64,000 nt of DNA from Bispira polyomma. Taxonomy: Eukaryota. This document shows, one piece after another, positions 25,501 through 38,600 of this stretch; the first letter of the stretch is position 1, and each line of letters opens with the position of its first letter. The DNA lies in NCBI GenBank assembly GCA_965649765.1, contig OZ287754.1, positions 41,788,001 through 41,852,000 of the forward strand, given 5' to 3'. The notes under the pieces were generated by a model. The model was not told the DNA's origin. It was given only the letters and a program-made list of their open reading frames with translations, and ran no database searches. Made by a program: the position numbers and the translations under genes.

Positions 25501-27291
25501 TACAGAACAAGGCACTTTGCCCTGTTTCTGCTCTCACAAAACTCTTGCAATCTAGGGACTTGTCCGCCACTGCTCCCTTGTTCGTATGTTTTTCCCCTCC
25601 CTACCACATAATTATTGACTCTCATATTAGATCAGCACTCAAGAGTGTATTACAACATTTAGGTATTGACCATACTTACCATGATTTCCATACCTTCCGT
25701 AGGTTGGGGGCTTCACTGGCATTTAACAACAACGTGTCATTGCAGCACATAATGTCCCACGGCCTTTGGCGCAGCTCGGCCATTTAGGCCTACCTTCAGC
25801 ACTTCTCCTCACAAGCTGCAGTCATCCCTACCACTTTTGCATCCATTATTCCCTCTGCCCTCTAGTTTGGGTTTGGGTATATTTTAAAATTTTACAAGTT
25901 AAATTTTAAACTACTTTTTACCTACCTCTATATAGAACTAACCTGTACAGACTAAACTTCTCCAAACAATATAACATTTATATTTGACCTACTACTTACT
26001 TCAAGGTCAACTTATACTCACTTGGGAACTGTGCACATCACGACCCAATAGGGGTCTGATAGTTCAGTTTCTAAACCCCCTCCTTCTTATTCTAACACTA
26101 CCTTAAATAGCTTAGGTATCCTCTCCTTTCTTCTCTCTATCCCTTTGTGGCATCCAATTAGGGGCCTCTCTGCTTTGACTTATTTATCCCCCTTTCCACC
26201 ATATTGAATTAAATTCCCACTTTTCTTCCCCTACTTCCCTCCATTCTTGGGAACTGATTTTATAAAAACAAAGCATACAAAACATCTTTCTGTTTAGAAG
26301 AGTGTAACTTAAATGTTTTTCTAAAATTATCCGTGTTTTATGCTTCTTTTAAAAAAAGAATTCATTCAAAATAATGTTGATGTTATCCTTTTTCTATTCA
26401 TGCAGAATACTTCAGTATTGATCCCTTTTTGGTATATGAATTATTTCACGTTTGTGAAGCATGTACTTTGAAAATATTACCTATTTTAGTTATAATTTTA
26501 CACACTGCTATATGTATTGAATGTCTCAAGATACCTATTAAAACGATACGTAAAATATATGAAATAGTATATAATTAAAATATATGTAATTCTTTACTAA
26601 TTCTACTTATGAAAATGTAAATATGTTATCCATAAATCAAGTTTAAGACAAAAAAGAAAAAGTTGTGCAATTGCTGAGAAGGTCGAGGACACATAACGTG
26701 GTTCTCGGCGATCGTTCTATGCGTTTACGTCACTAAAGCCTTAATTTTTTAATATATCTTTACACCTTTACTTTACATGTATACAGCAAAAATCAGCTTA
26801 CTGTATTGGCCAGTTGTATTGCAGACATATTTGATTTTCACCGTTCTACTCCAGCAACTATAAAAGGCTGAAAGCAAACATTTACTGCTGCATGTCCCCA
26901 TATTTTTGATGGGTAGTGTTATCGTGCAACTGTTTTTGCCTTTGCATTTAGAGTTGGCAGTTAAAAGAGTATTTTGTGTCTCACGGATGGCACACATATA
27001 ATGTTCTTTGAAACTGTGGCAGCATTCTGGTTCCTTCCTGTCAACGCAGCTTGAATCTCCAGCCTCTCTGGGTCTTAAGTACACTATTTCCTCTATGTAT
27101 TCTATCAGCGAATTGTTGGTGTCACAAGAAAACATAGTAAGGTTTATATTTAAAGGCCTAGAGTCCTCATAATCATTAAAACATTCCTCTCGTATGTGCA
27201 AAGAAAGGTAGCTTGCCCTGACAGTGTTGTAACTGCAATATATACAGCACAAAATACAAAATATTATTATCCTTGTCATTTTGACAAACAT
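16591..27291 (-). CDS. Receptor paralog B; exons 27291-26802, 19006-18890, 17406-17325, 17161-16591 (~419 aa)
   Basis: Canonical junctions (A|gtaagc, aacag|AT, G|gtaaca, ttcag|TT, CA|gtaagt, gacag|A); 1260 nt in frame; Ser/Thr stalk exon; TM VSVVGLAVAVPISLIVGIMGTLLYF; DNPYY and GHYVYTYGHF motifs. Confidence 0.8.
17490..18357. mobile_element. Kolobok-like non-autonomous element, second copy
   Basis: ggtatagtaacgtaaac...ttacgttactaaaacc TIRs; colinear with 20364-20758 plus 26257-26740. Confidence 0.7.
18405..18635 (+). mobile_element. tRNA-derived SINE; related copies at ~3236-3450 (+), ~7715-7940 (-), ~20030-20220 (-), ~42870-43055 (+)
   Basis: gggtttgaatctc B-box; shared gtatgtgggaaagttg...cagtggt...cctccacca core. 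Confidence 0.65.
21058..22135 (+). pseudogene. gag-like ORF of the Ngaro element (frameshift and stops), with C-terminal Cys/His cluster
   Basis: ORFs 21058-21261 and 21141-21833; WPNEG and LTLPQW motifs shared with the other copies; CKF..C..YICSYC..H..C downstream. Confidence 0.7.
23207..24883 (+). pseudogene. Reverse transcriptase / RNase H of the Ngaro element
   Basis: KTDVSRAFRNL, AFGW, YIDD, FLGIDID, DACLTG, LEMLN, WCDN, NIKADALS motifs; broken between 23617 and 23750. Confidence 0.9.
24890..25865 (+). pseudogene. Tyrosine recombinase of the Ngaro element (frameshifts and stops)
   Basis: FSGFLRMSN, LKWAKN, CPV, HTFRRLGA, HGLWRSSAI*AY: the R..K..HxxR..H/W..Y catalytic signature. Confidence 0.88.
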
Positions 27292-27726
27292 TGTAGTACT
27301 ATTTTTGAATGTTCACACCAAACAGTACAGGATTAAACTGTCATTGTTATAATATTTATAAACTCAGAAAATATGATATGGTAGTGTCAGACAAACCCAG
27401 TTCCCATACTACACAGTTTATACATCAAACGCACAAGTATCAAAATAATAAAACAGTGACCACATAACTATATAGTGCTTTAAAAGATCAACCTTTATCC
27501 TATATATTCTCTTATTAAGTACTAAGTACTGTTTGTGTGTGTGTGTATCTTACAAAACATTTTCAACATCGTGGTTGGAAGAAAGTTTATCATTATTTAA
27601 ACTTATGACTTAACTTTGGCTTTTGTCTTTCAGTGCAACAGTATTGTTTTCACTTAGACCCGAAAACAAAGGTATAATTCTTTGTCCACTAAAATACTTC
27701 ATAAGTACCTAACTTTGTAAGCCCTG

Positions 27727-27833
27727 GGGTCGTATTCACGAAGGGACTTAGCCAGGTCTTAGGCTTAAATCAGTATACTTTTGTGCTAGATTTAAGCCTA
27801 AGACCTGACTAAGTCCCTTCGTGAATACGGCCC
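27727..27833. mobile_element. 107-bp hairpin MITE with CTG target-site duplication
   Basis: Near-perfect ~44-bp inverted arms; TSD ctg at 27724-27726 and 27834-27836; empty site gccctgatatt at ~62910. Confidence 0.85.
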
Positions 27834-28106
27834 CTGATATTTGACAAGTATGTGTGTAAAAGAAATCAACCATTCCTTCATGTTTACTGAATAAACTATC
27901 TGTGCAGAATAGAATGAATCTAAGTTTTGTATATTAGTCAACCAACGGGAAATTTCCACTTCTAGGCTAACTTCCGGAATAAAAAAAACTTTTAGCCAGC
28001 AGGAGTTAACTGCTTTGAAACAACAGTTCTTCACATATTTTATGTGTAAACATTGAGACCTTTAATTTGTACAGATGAAAACTGTAAACCACATCGTTTT
28101 TGCTAA

Positions 28107-28382
28107 GCGTGAGCTTCCTATTAGCATGTTTTTCTGGGCCGACATTGGCCTATTTTTATATGTCATTATTTAATATAACCAAGTGCTTCCTTTCACTATA
28201 TTTGCAGCAGATCAGAACAGACGTCAGAATATTTTATCAGCCAGGGAGTGAAAAAAACAACGATAGTTCGGCCCGATTTTTTTTAACAAAAATGAAGAAA
28301 AACGAAAGTTTATATTAAAAGATTTACTACATATCTGATGAAAGGAAGCGCCACATCGGCTGACATGTGACTGCTGAAAGGC
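28107..28382. mobile_element. MITE with gcttcctttca/tgaaaggaagc motifs, TWA flanks
   Basis: Empty site at ~63133; related copy at 30912-31568. Confidence 0.65.
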
Positions 28383-29149
28383 TTACTATGGTAAAATCGC
28401 ATCATACTTTTTACGAAAAAAATCATAATTTAATTAAATGAAGTCAAGTATCTGTTTTACTTTATTTTTTGTAACTAAAACAATCAACGTTACGGTACTG
28501 CTTGTTATCAGTGTTAAGATAAACCTTTGTTTGCCTGTGTGTATGAAAATTGCAAAAAAAAATGGTTGATCAAATAAATATGTATGAATTGGTTTCAACT
28601 TTGTTTAGGATATCCTTATAATGTGTTTGACACTAGCCTTGCATACGGCTTATGTTTGTCAGAACACTTTCTGGGACTATGAACACAACTTTAAAGTAAT
28701 GACACCATTACTTAGAGACAAAGAGCAATGTAATTCCTGATTGCTAATTAAGTTACCCTCTTTGCTTTCGTCTTCTTGGTGTTTTTAGGTGTAATAATGC
28801 ATGGTATTTTTGCTTTCAGTAGTCATCTTGTTTAAGGCCTAAAATAGTCCTATTCTCTGTTTAGTTTCAATAATTTGCAAAGACTTTTTATCTTATTTTT
28901 ATAAGAAGGATAGGGTCAGTTTCGTGATTAGGAAAAACAAAACAAGATAGTTTTATTTTAAATGAACTAATTAACTGAATGAAAGAAACAATATGGAGTA
29001 AAAGCGGTCTCAATCATTCTGATGTTGCAGTCCTAGATTATTCACCATTCTTTAAAATCATTCTTTTGTTCAGGTCAGGTCAATTATTTTGACTCAATCA
29101 TTTTGAAAGAAGAAATCACGGATGAGACAAGTGTGTGTTTTATCACAGG

Positions 29150-31800
29150 ACACACTCTTTCGAGCATTATGTCCACATGCAGTACTTACTTTTTTCTTTA
29201 TCTGCACTGCTACTTATGCTTTCACTGCTACCTAAATTACATTTTTTATCACACATAATATCAATAATATTGGTTATATGTTTAGAATAACCATAGCCAT
29301 ACTGTTGGTAACATTCTATATCTCTGTGAAAATAATAAAAACCATTTCCTGCCTGTTTTATGTCCTCAGCGTCAAATTGACTTATCTTACCAATCAATTT
29401 TTGAAGCTATACGGTTAGGTTATAGTAGATGGCTGTGACATATCTGTCTATAACCTGCATTCTTTCTCGAGGCCAATTAAACACAGGTATGTACTTAACT
29501 TCATGATCCCCACTATGGTGGTATATGTATTAAAACCTTCAATTTCCTTATAATTGCAATTTAAGAAAATTATGGGAGCCCAGATGGGCCATATTTGACA
29601 GAATTGTTGCCAATTGGTGACAGTAATTGTCACTTTTAACCTGTTTTTATCACCTTTTTGTAACATTACCTTCTCAAAGATACCACCACAGTTACGGAAA
29701 TTATCAGTTGAATTGATTCAGTACAATTCTGAAACTGAATGCCAACACTGAAGCTGGACTGTGAGTTATGATACAAACATCTTACCAGCTTTATCAAAAT
29801 TATCAAAAAATTTAATGTTTGCAATCTCACTAATATTCTCATTCATTAATTCTACTCTGCACTTATCTTTAACACCTATTGTTCGTTCTCCTGGTTGTTG
29901 AAATAAGACCTGGCTTTGCTTTCCTTGGTTCACCTGGCTGTCTAGCTGTTTGCTACCTACAGGTAAGCTTAGACTCGTTACTACTGTTATTGTTACCTAC
30001 GTTTGTACTGTTGATCATGGCTAGCTGAAAAGCACTGGGTCTGTTCAACGACCACTGAGTATCATTCTGCCAGGAGAGCCGACCCTCCTCAACCTAGTGC
30101 ATGCTAAGGACCCAGGCTGTCCTAACAACGTACCATGGAAAAGATGAAGCATCTCTGAGTGTTGAAATTACCTGGCATATCATGTCCTTCATTTCCATTG
30201 GATTCGGTACTAATAGCATGTTTGCAAGCTGCCCTTCAGCCGACTGAGGCATTGAGAGTTCGTCAAACGCCGGTTTGTTCTTCCTGGATAGCCTACCCAG
30301 CCTTCATTGGGCCATTTTAATCTAGCATCTATAGTGGTAACATCTGTATTGTTAAAGTGCCCTGATTTATGTTTAAGGTATGCCTTACCTTGTGTTAAGT
30401 CACATTGTGCAATGGCAGAGTATTGCGCAAACTGTCTAGTAACTTCAGCTTGAACGTGTGGTAGTGATCTCAGGGCATCCAGGTTTGGTACAATCCCGTC
30501 ATGTTGGAATTTGTGTCCTGTGTAGCCCGTGTGTGTTGATACAGGAACATCTTGCCTAGTATTTTGCATAAGCTGATGCAACGCTGCTTGCCTGGGTAGG
30601 GAACGTGAAAGCAGGGTTACCCTGAGCTGCTGGGTGAAAAAGGTAACCCATCTGTGGTTGTACCCAGGACGCGACCTGGCCGTAGGGCCCTGTAGTAGCT
30701 TGGTTGTGGGCTGGGACACATTCAGCAATGATGGAAGCTGTGGTTGCCATCTGCCTGATGGTCGACTTATGACCAGCTCCGAGAAGGTGAGGAGTATGTA
30801 ACGTTGGTGCATTCATTGCTGCCTGTTGTTCAACTCTCTGTAATCGGTCAGCTAGGTCAGCATTTGACGATTCCAACCTCATGAGAATGGCTAGCATCTG
30901 AGCGGAATTTTGACTTTTTTTATTGCTCTCTATATAATACAACCAAGTGCTTCCTTTCAGTATACTTGCATCAGATCCGATCAGACGTCGGCCGACGTCT
31001 GTTTGGCCAACATATTTTATCTCTCAGGGAGAGAAAAAATCGGGAGGACTGGCAGACTTAGAAACAAAAATGGCTACAAAAACACTATAATAGGTATAGT
31101 TTTCATGCTATACATACCTAATATTTATGGAATGTTGAAGTTGAAAATAGTATGAGAAAGCTTATTTAATTGTGATAACTGTGCTTCTTTTTTTACCAAA
31201 ATTCGTTGAGAAACGGCTTGGATATTAAGGTTTATAGAGGGTACCCTATTTAACTTTACTCTTCTACTGTGAATTATGCGTCACAGCAACGTCATAATGA
31301 CGTTAGTTTTACAGCTATGTCACAACTCACACATAAGCAAGTACAAATGGGTACCTCTCTATAAACTCAAATATCTGAGCCGTTTCTTAATGAATTTTGG
31401 TGAATAAAAGCACAGTAATCACAATAAAATAAGCTTTCTTATGTCATTTTTAAAGCCAACATCCCACGAATATTGGGTTTTTATCTGATGAAAGGAAGCG
31501 CTACATCGGCCGACGTCGGACACACATAAATCGGCCGACGTCAAAATATGCTGAAAGGAAGCGTAGGCTTAGAGTCGACAGTTTCCACATTCATGAGATT
31601 TATCACTGTTATATTAATGGCTGCTTGGCAAGCCGGTGCGGTAGGCTGAGTCCTACGGCACCGAATCGCCTAGCGGAGAGTCCTGGTGCCCACATCTCTT
31701 TTTCGACCCTGTTCCCCTTGGGTGAACTCAGGGGAGGTATAGGAACCAGAACTCTCCACACGGACATGGATTATCTTGCCCCGGTGACCAACAGCTATAT
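29150..31800 (-). mobile_element. Degenerate Ngaro-like element (gag region), interrupted by a MITE; boundaries approximate
   Basis: DGIVPNLDALRSLP..LTQGK..KSGHFNNTD..LKWPNEG is homologous to the gag at 21141-21833. Confidence 0.75.
30912..31568. mobile_element. MITE inserted in a gag remnant, containing a nested foldback element (arms ~31117-31246 and ~31349-31477)
   Basis: Homologous to 28107-28382; ~130-bp internal inverted repeat. Confidence 0.65.
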
Positions 31801-31969
31801 AAAATAATCAAGTGAACATTTACCATAATAGCATTCTTTCAAGGTATTATACACATACTGTGCAGCTGTCTTATAGATGCGCGAAGAAATATATTTAAGT
31901 AATCATGAACCAAAATGGTTCGACGAGCGCACTTGTGTACACCCACAGGTTATAACATAATCTATTTTA

Positions 31970-34560
31970 AAAAGCTGTGGTAAAGGGGAGGCGGTTAGGT
32001 AAAATTCCTTGTGTTACTTATTTAGTGTCCTGTTTCAATATGGCACTTGTATGGAGAGAAAAAGTATTGTCCCATCGAACAAAGAGAATGGCTATGTGTA
32101 CGGGATGGACAAATTGAATCATGGTCAACTCATCCCCAAGGATTAAGGTCATTCTATATTCATTTGCATTGTGGAGAACTTTAATATCAGACTCCTTTAT
32201 GGTTGTGATTGCTACAGTTCACCCAATTGTTGGAGGTTAAGCAGTAAGGTCATGTTTAGTATGTAAAGTGTAAAAAATGTAATAAAACTAGAGTTTTTAG
32301 CATTTATTTTTTTACAAATAAGTATAAAGAGGGTTAAAATAGTAAATTAAAAATTTTTAATATAATTTAGAAACACCCAAGCCAAACTAGAAAGATGGGG
32401 GAATGGCAGAGGCTTAGGTGAGAGGGACTGTAGAAGCTGCCAGCTGATTATCTCCAGAGATTAAGTGTTAATACTGATAAAAGATCAGAGAGAATGCGTG
32501 TCTATTACTGGAAAGTAAGGAGGTGAACAGGAAGCAAACAAAGGGTAAGTATCAGGTATTGGTCTGGAATGTAAAAGCTGCCGTAAGGCCTTAACTGGTC
32601 ATAAATCTCTGTTCTGTAGGTGTGTGATCTGTATAATGTGGACCTCACTTCTGACTTGTAGGTTCTTGGCCAATTTGATTATTAGTTTATTCAGATTAAT
32701 GAGAGGTAAAGAAAAGCCAAATTTTAAATATTGCAAAAGTCATTTATTGGGGTGATCCGTCAAAAAAAATGCATTCAATCCAGAAATGATGGGAATTCGT
32801 GCCCCTCTGTAATTAGAAACTCCCTGATGTATTTGGTTCTTGTGTTTGTACATATTAAACTGGAAGTGGTTCCTGAAAGTGGTTAAAATGATGTGACCAA
32901 CTCGTCACTTGAAGGGTGACATGAACAATTTTTATATCTGAAAGGTTTCTTGCACACTTTATGTCGGCCATTTTGTTGCTATCTGTCTTTGGGCTCACCT
33001 GAATGGGTACATTATGACTATCAAATTCTTTAAGCTTCTTAGTATAAATTATGGTATTCTTATTTTTATTGTGAAAGAGTTCAAATTGACCTTCAATCAC
33101 CTGACAGCTACTCAAACTCTGTGTATAACTATTATCATTTTTCAAATTCTGACATTTGCTAATCACACATTTGTCATATGACTTCATATGATCACTGGCT
33201 TTTGCCTCATACATTTTAGTACTAACATTTTTAGAATTACAAGATTTTCCATCAGTCATTTGCTACAGCCTACATCTGGGCTGGACTGGACATGTATTTT
33301 TTATAACAGTTTTCTTGTAATTTATCAGGGTACATTATGGTATTCTTAGTCTTAACCTTTAAATTTTTCTCTAGGCTATCAGTCACCTGACTGCTGGTCG
33401 CATTAAGTACATAATTACTAACATCTTTACATTAAATATTTTTCAATTTAGTTATGCGATTCAACATAGTCACTGGCCTGATCCCTATATATTTTTGCTA
33501 ACCTTGACATTACAGTTTCTCAAGTTCTATTACTACATTTAACTCTATCATCACTACCCTCAACTATCTTTCCCAAAGTTCGTCCATCTAATCGTTGGCT
33601 AACTTCCTAACTACTATTATTGGGTTTAACCTTATGCTGCTTTGTCACGTTCTGTAGCACTTAAATTGCGGGTGTGTCACATCCTTATGTAAAACTATCG
33701 AAAAGTGCCAGCAAATGGTTCCAGAAGACTGAGATGACTGTGAGTTATGTGAGTTGTACGACCCGTGAGAATGTTCCGAATGAACCATTGCCATCTGTGA
33801 TGCATTAAGGCGGAGTGGTGTTACCCCATTTCAGTCGCCCCTCCTGAATCTCATACATATTATGCAACCAGGAGGTTTGCACTACGTTGCAAGGGAATGA
33901 GTCTGCATTATGTAACGATAGAATCACTTGTGTAACCATTTCACGAGATTTGGTTGGGTCAGTTACTTGCATGGCATTTGCCAGTTTGCCAGCCGCCCAC
34001 TGAGGTAAAGACAGTTCACAAAAATTGGGTTTTCTGGAAGTACCTCCCACCCAACCTTCATTTACCCACCCTAATTTGGGGTCCGTTGTTGCTACATCAG
34101 TACTGTTGAACCGGCCAGACTTCTGGGGAGGAGCTGGCTTTCCTTGTGTAAGTGTCAGTTGTGCTTGGGTCTCATACTCTGCTAAACGCTAGTTTACTAG
34201 AGGTTAAACGTCATGGGCAGATTCTAAGACGTCCACCTAAGGCACAAATCCATCAGTGGTGTATTAAGCATGCGTAACTGAGTTGACGAGTGGTACCTGT
34301 GGCAATAGCTTTGCTATCATCAGGCTTTGAAGAACAGATGGATTGAAGCTCTGGACTTTGAGTGCTTCCATTCTGTCAACTCGGCTGTTAATCACCTCGT
34401 TCAATTTGGCCAGTTTATCCAGCATTGCCATCATAGTAGACATGTCCCGACCATCCGAACTCGCCATAGATGGAAAGTTTGTGAGCTTGTGGCCACGGGT
34501 ATATAACAGGCTGCTGGGTGAGCCTGAGTGATTTAATTAATGCTGGTAACAGTGGGGATC
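31970..34560 (-). mobile_element. Internally deleted Ngaro-like element (gag, RT start, YR pieces, 3' end); boundaries approximate
   Basis: ELSLPQWAAG gag motif; RGARIP..LLQYLKFGF RT start at ~32700-32820; YR pieces at ~32390-32690; tctagtttggcttgggt matches the YR 3' end of the full copy. Confidence 0.75.
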
Positions 34561-35683
34561 TGCATACCGTGTTGTATGAGATGTGAAGACACCAACTGGG
34601 CAGAAATTCAAGTCACTATTTTATTTTAGTATAGAATGATCTAAGACTTAAAAAAACACACAAAGGAATAGAAAAGGTATAACTGTTTCGTAATGCTTTG
34701 ATCTATCAAAAGTTATTATTATCAATATTATCTTTTGGAGAAATTAAGTGTACAACTCTTTTGAGACAACTACTGGTGTGTTTACTGTTTACTCAGGATT
34801 TTGTGTGTCTTTTGTCAATTAGTGTTTAAAAGAATTACAAAATTATATAACCCTTTTGAGTCACCTACTGATATATTTACTATTTACTCATGCTTTTGTG
34901 TGTGTTTTGTTTATTGGTTAGTGTTTAACAGAAGTGCAAACAAATTATGTGACAGAACAATATTTGACACTGATTAATGTAATATGGGTGTATATTCAAT
35001 GCAGTTTTATAGTAGGGTAAGGTGTTAAAAACAAGATAAAATAATATCGCCAAACTATATGATATATTGTTTTTATATTATATTGGCAAATTATATTATA
35101 TACATAACAATCACTCCTGTCCTTTACTTTTTAATGCTGATATAATTGGTAATGCTTAAAAAATGTCGGGTTCATCTTTTCCTTATACTTTCTAGATGTT
35201 TTGAAAAGTTTTTAAAGCCTGATGGTGTTTAAATCTGGAGAGAAATAAACACATAATTTAAATTAATTTAAATACATCATGTTGTAATGTGTTATGTGTT
35301 AATGTTAGTTGCTGATAAAGTGCTCAAAATAACTAAAATCTGATAAAAGTGACAATAACTATGAAAATAATACCTGTTAAATAAATATGTGTACACTATG
35401 TGCTTCTACGATGGTAAAACTATATTTAAAAATATAAATAGTTTGTACTGCATTCAAAGGATTTTAATTCCTTTTACAAAAAGAATTTCGATTAAAATCC
35501 TTTTTAAAATCAAAGGATTTAGATTCGGATTAGATTTGAAAAATTTAAAAGGATTTGGATAAATATTTAAATCCTTTTAAAAGGATTTGACCCCAACCCT
35601 GACAGTCTTTGACACTACCAGACACTTTTTTCACTGGCAAAATTCCTCCAATTTAAATTTGTGTGTATAATCCATTAATTTGG

Positions 35684-38600
35684 TTACCTTTCTCTTCCCT
35701 CAAGTTGAAAATGTCCATAAGTGTACACATAATTCCCTCCTCTGGTGTCATTTACAGCCGTTTTATCTGCCACAGACTTGGAGATTCTCTCCATTTTGTC
35801 ACTGCAATCATAAAAAGGATTATCCTCAAGAAAAGCACCTAGATTGTCAATACAAGCATCACAAATGGGAACATTTTGTGTTGCTTTATATTTCCCTTCT
35901 TCTGGATCCACATCTTTACCTGCGTAATATGGATTCTCTTCCAGTTTTGTATGATCGTGGTTGATGGTCTTGGTCATCACATTTGTTTTTGATGGTTGGC
36001 CATAGCATGAGTACTCTTGGTTTTCAACCATGGCATCGGTTACGTTAACAACCATATTGGAGTTCTGTACATGAGAATGTGCCGCATCATGTCCTCTGTT
36101 TGTAGTTGGCACAACATCAATATCTGCATATTGGTCTCCCATTCCAGAAATTACTTCATGATTTTCAGAGGATTTTGAGATAGATGACGAGGCCATTGGT
36201 GTTTTCATATTGGAGCTTGTGTGCTTTTTAATTTCTGGTGCACAGTATCTATATAAAATTAAAAAAAATAATCATCATTTCCAAAATGTAATTTCCTAAT
36301 TTATTGAAATTAAAATTAAACTGTGTACTGACAGATATATTGTTAGTATATATTGTGCCATAAAACAAATAAACCTGAAAAACATTGTAGCATTTGTTAT
36401 TGAAGCCAGAACTTTTGTGTAGTTCATAGAATCTCATTAATACATGGTGGCTCTCTGTCATTGGGTCCTACACCCAGTAACAGGCTGAAGAGCTCTGACA
36501 GTTTCCGGTGCTGTTATGCTCTACCTCGGTAGTCATGAAAAGGTTAATTAGTGCTTCAAATATCTAATTAAAGGTTGATACATGTTCTGAATATAAATTT
36601 GAATGCAATACAGTTACCACTTGTACGTTGGCGACAGACACAAATTTGCATGTAGATTGTATTTTGCTGGTTTAAAAAATGAATATTGCTAATTCATTTG
36701 TTTACTAGTTGGTATATAACAATGACAAACTATCAACCACATATTAGGTGATTATACTTTCACTTACCTCAAAAATACCAGAGTAACAATTATTCCAGTC
36801 AACAAGCTCACCGGTATCATTACAACTAAAGCAGCAGCTAACCCTAAAATGAAATGATAGTAAAACTAATATAATAGGTTACTGACAGCACCAGCATGGA
36901 ACTACCTCAGAATAATGATTTAGGAAATTTCTGGGGTTTTTTTGGTATTAAACAGGAAATTACTTAGAAAGAGAAAAAACACATGCTTATTGTAACTGGG
37001 TGGCAGGTAATCCCTTTTGTCAAATAAGAAAGATCAGTATCTGACTCAGAATGTCTATGCATAGGAATTGTTGATCGACAAAATCTGCCACATGCACACA
37101 AAGGTGACATTGACATTTTTTATAGATAAGACCAGGGAAGCAACTGACAATATAATAGTTATGGAGGACTTGTTTTTGACTGTATCTTGGGTAACCATGT
37201 ACTGGCGGATACAAAATGGCTCGAATAACAAATGGCCACTTAATGCTGGTGTCTTCTGTCATTTGGATCCTGTCTCCAGAAGCAGGCTACAGAACCTTTG
37301 TGGCCTTGATGAATGTTCATCCTCAAGCCTGTTTCTTCAGTTAGGATATGACATATTCTTATCACCTATTAAAGCATATTTTACTTCCTTGTATGTTGTT
37401 AAAATGATCACACTCTGCCATTAATTCAAGACACTTGGATTCATCAGTTAAAAGGTTACTTTATTATGTGGTTTTATATTCGTTCTTGCCTTTTTGGCCT
37501 GAAACTTTTTCATGGGTAATTTATACAAATTTGAGATTTTCCCCATATAATTTTTTTTGTACACATTCATGTGGCAAATTAATTACTTTCTTCTTGCTTT
37601 GCTAATTTGACAAGTCTGAAGTGGTATTCACGTTTTGAATAAATACTTCAGTGCTCTGATCTTTAAGCCCCATGACCAATCTGTTTAATGATACACTTGC
37701 TTCGAAATTGTATCTGACCATCAAACAATTTATATTTCTTGTCTAAAAACAAGTATCTTCCATAATATCACTTGTCAGCTGATATAACAGTCACTGGTGC
37801 TGGTTAGTTGAACTTGGGCAATCCAGAAATGGTTAATTAGCACTTTGAATACCAGATGATTATATAGGAAGATAAATGAGTGTAAATTTGAATATAATAC
37901 AACAATACGAGGCATTAGACAAAGGGGTTTGCATTCAATTGAACTGTAAACAAAGACATATAATTGATATTTATTCTGGGTTAGCAAGTTTAAAAGTAGA
38001 GCTTTCTATTTCATTTTTTATTCCAATCCAGGTTAATACGATCGGTTATAAAATGATCGTAATAGTTCTACCTGAAAAAATATTACGGTAATTCAAGCAT
38101 TATTAATGCAGTGCGTACTATTAGAATTATTCATGTTCAATCTCTTAATCTGAGACTTTTATTTTATGAAATATTATTTTTACCAAACATCACAAAGATA
38201 TTAGCCTCAATCTATTAATACTTATTTTATTATTACCTGTATTTTTACAAGACAGTTGATCATCTTCACTATCAACTGTCACTGTTTCTGTTTTGAATAA
38301 AACATAGCACCATATCATTCAGATATAATATGTACTATATACAAGACATAAAATATATGTGAGGGCTAAATTGTTTAATGTAGCCAGAACTTGCAGACAC
38401 TATCATTCATATATCAATATACCATATTCTAAAGCAAATTCTAATATAGCAATTGTAGCAATGACAATTTAATTGTACCTTTACAATGGTGTTATGTTAA
38501 TTATTGCCATAAATAGATATATTTTTACATGTTTATGGTTGATTTATTCTTAGATGTACTTTAATGAGAATAATACTAAAAAAGCAGTCCCTACCACTTC

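Larger units (their letters stand above)
20759..26256 (+). mobile_element. Ngaro-like tyrosine-recombinase (DIRS-order) retrotransposon, near full length but degenerate
   Basis: Split direct repeats: A1 20759-20941, A2 26032-26212, short B (cttgggaactg) at 26021-26031 and 26246-26256; gag, RT/RNaseH and YR ORFs in order; no TSD against the empty host MITE copy at ~17876. Confidence 0.9.
20364..26740. mobile_element. Kolobok-like non-autonomous DNA transposon (~880 bp) split by the Ngaro insertion
   Basis: TTAA|GGCTTTAGTAACG...CGTCACTAAAGCC|TTAA terminal inverted repeats; the two halves join to match the uninterrupted copy at 17490-18357. Confidence 0.75.
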
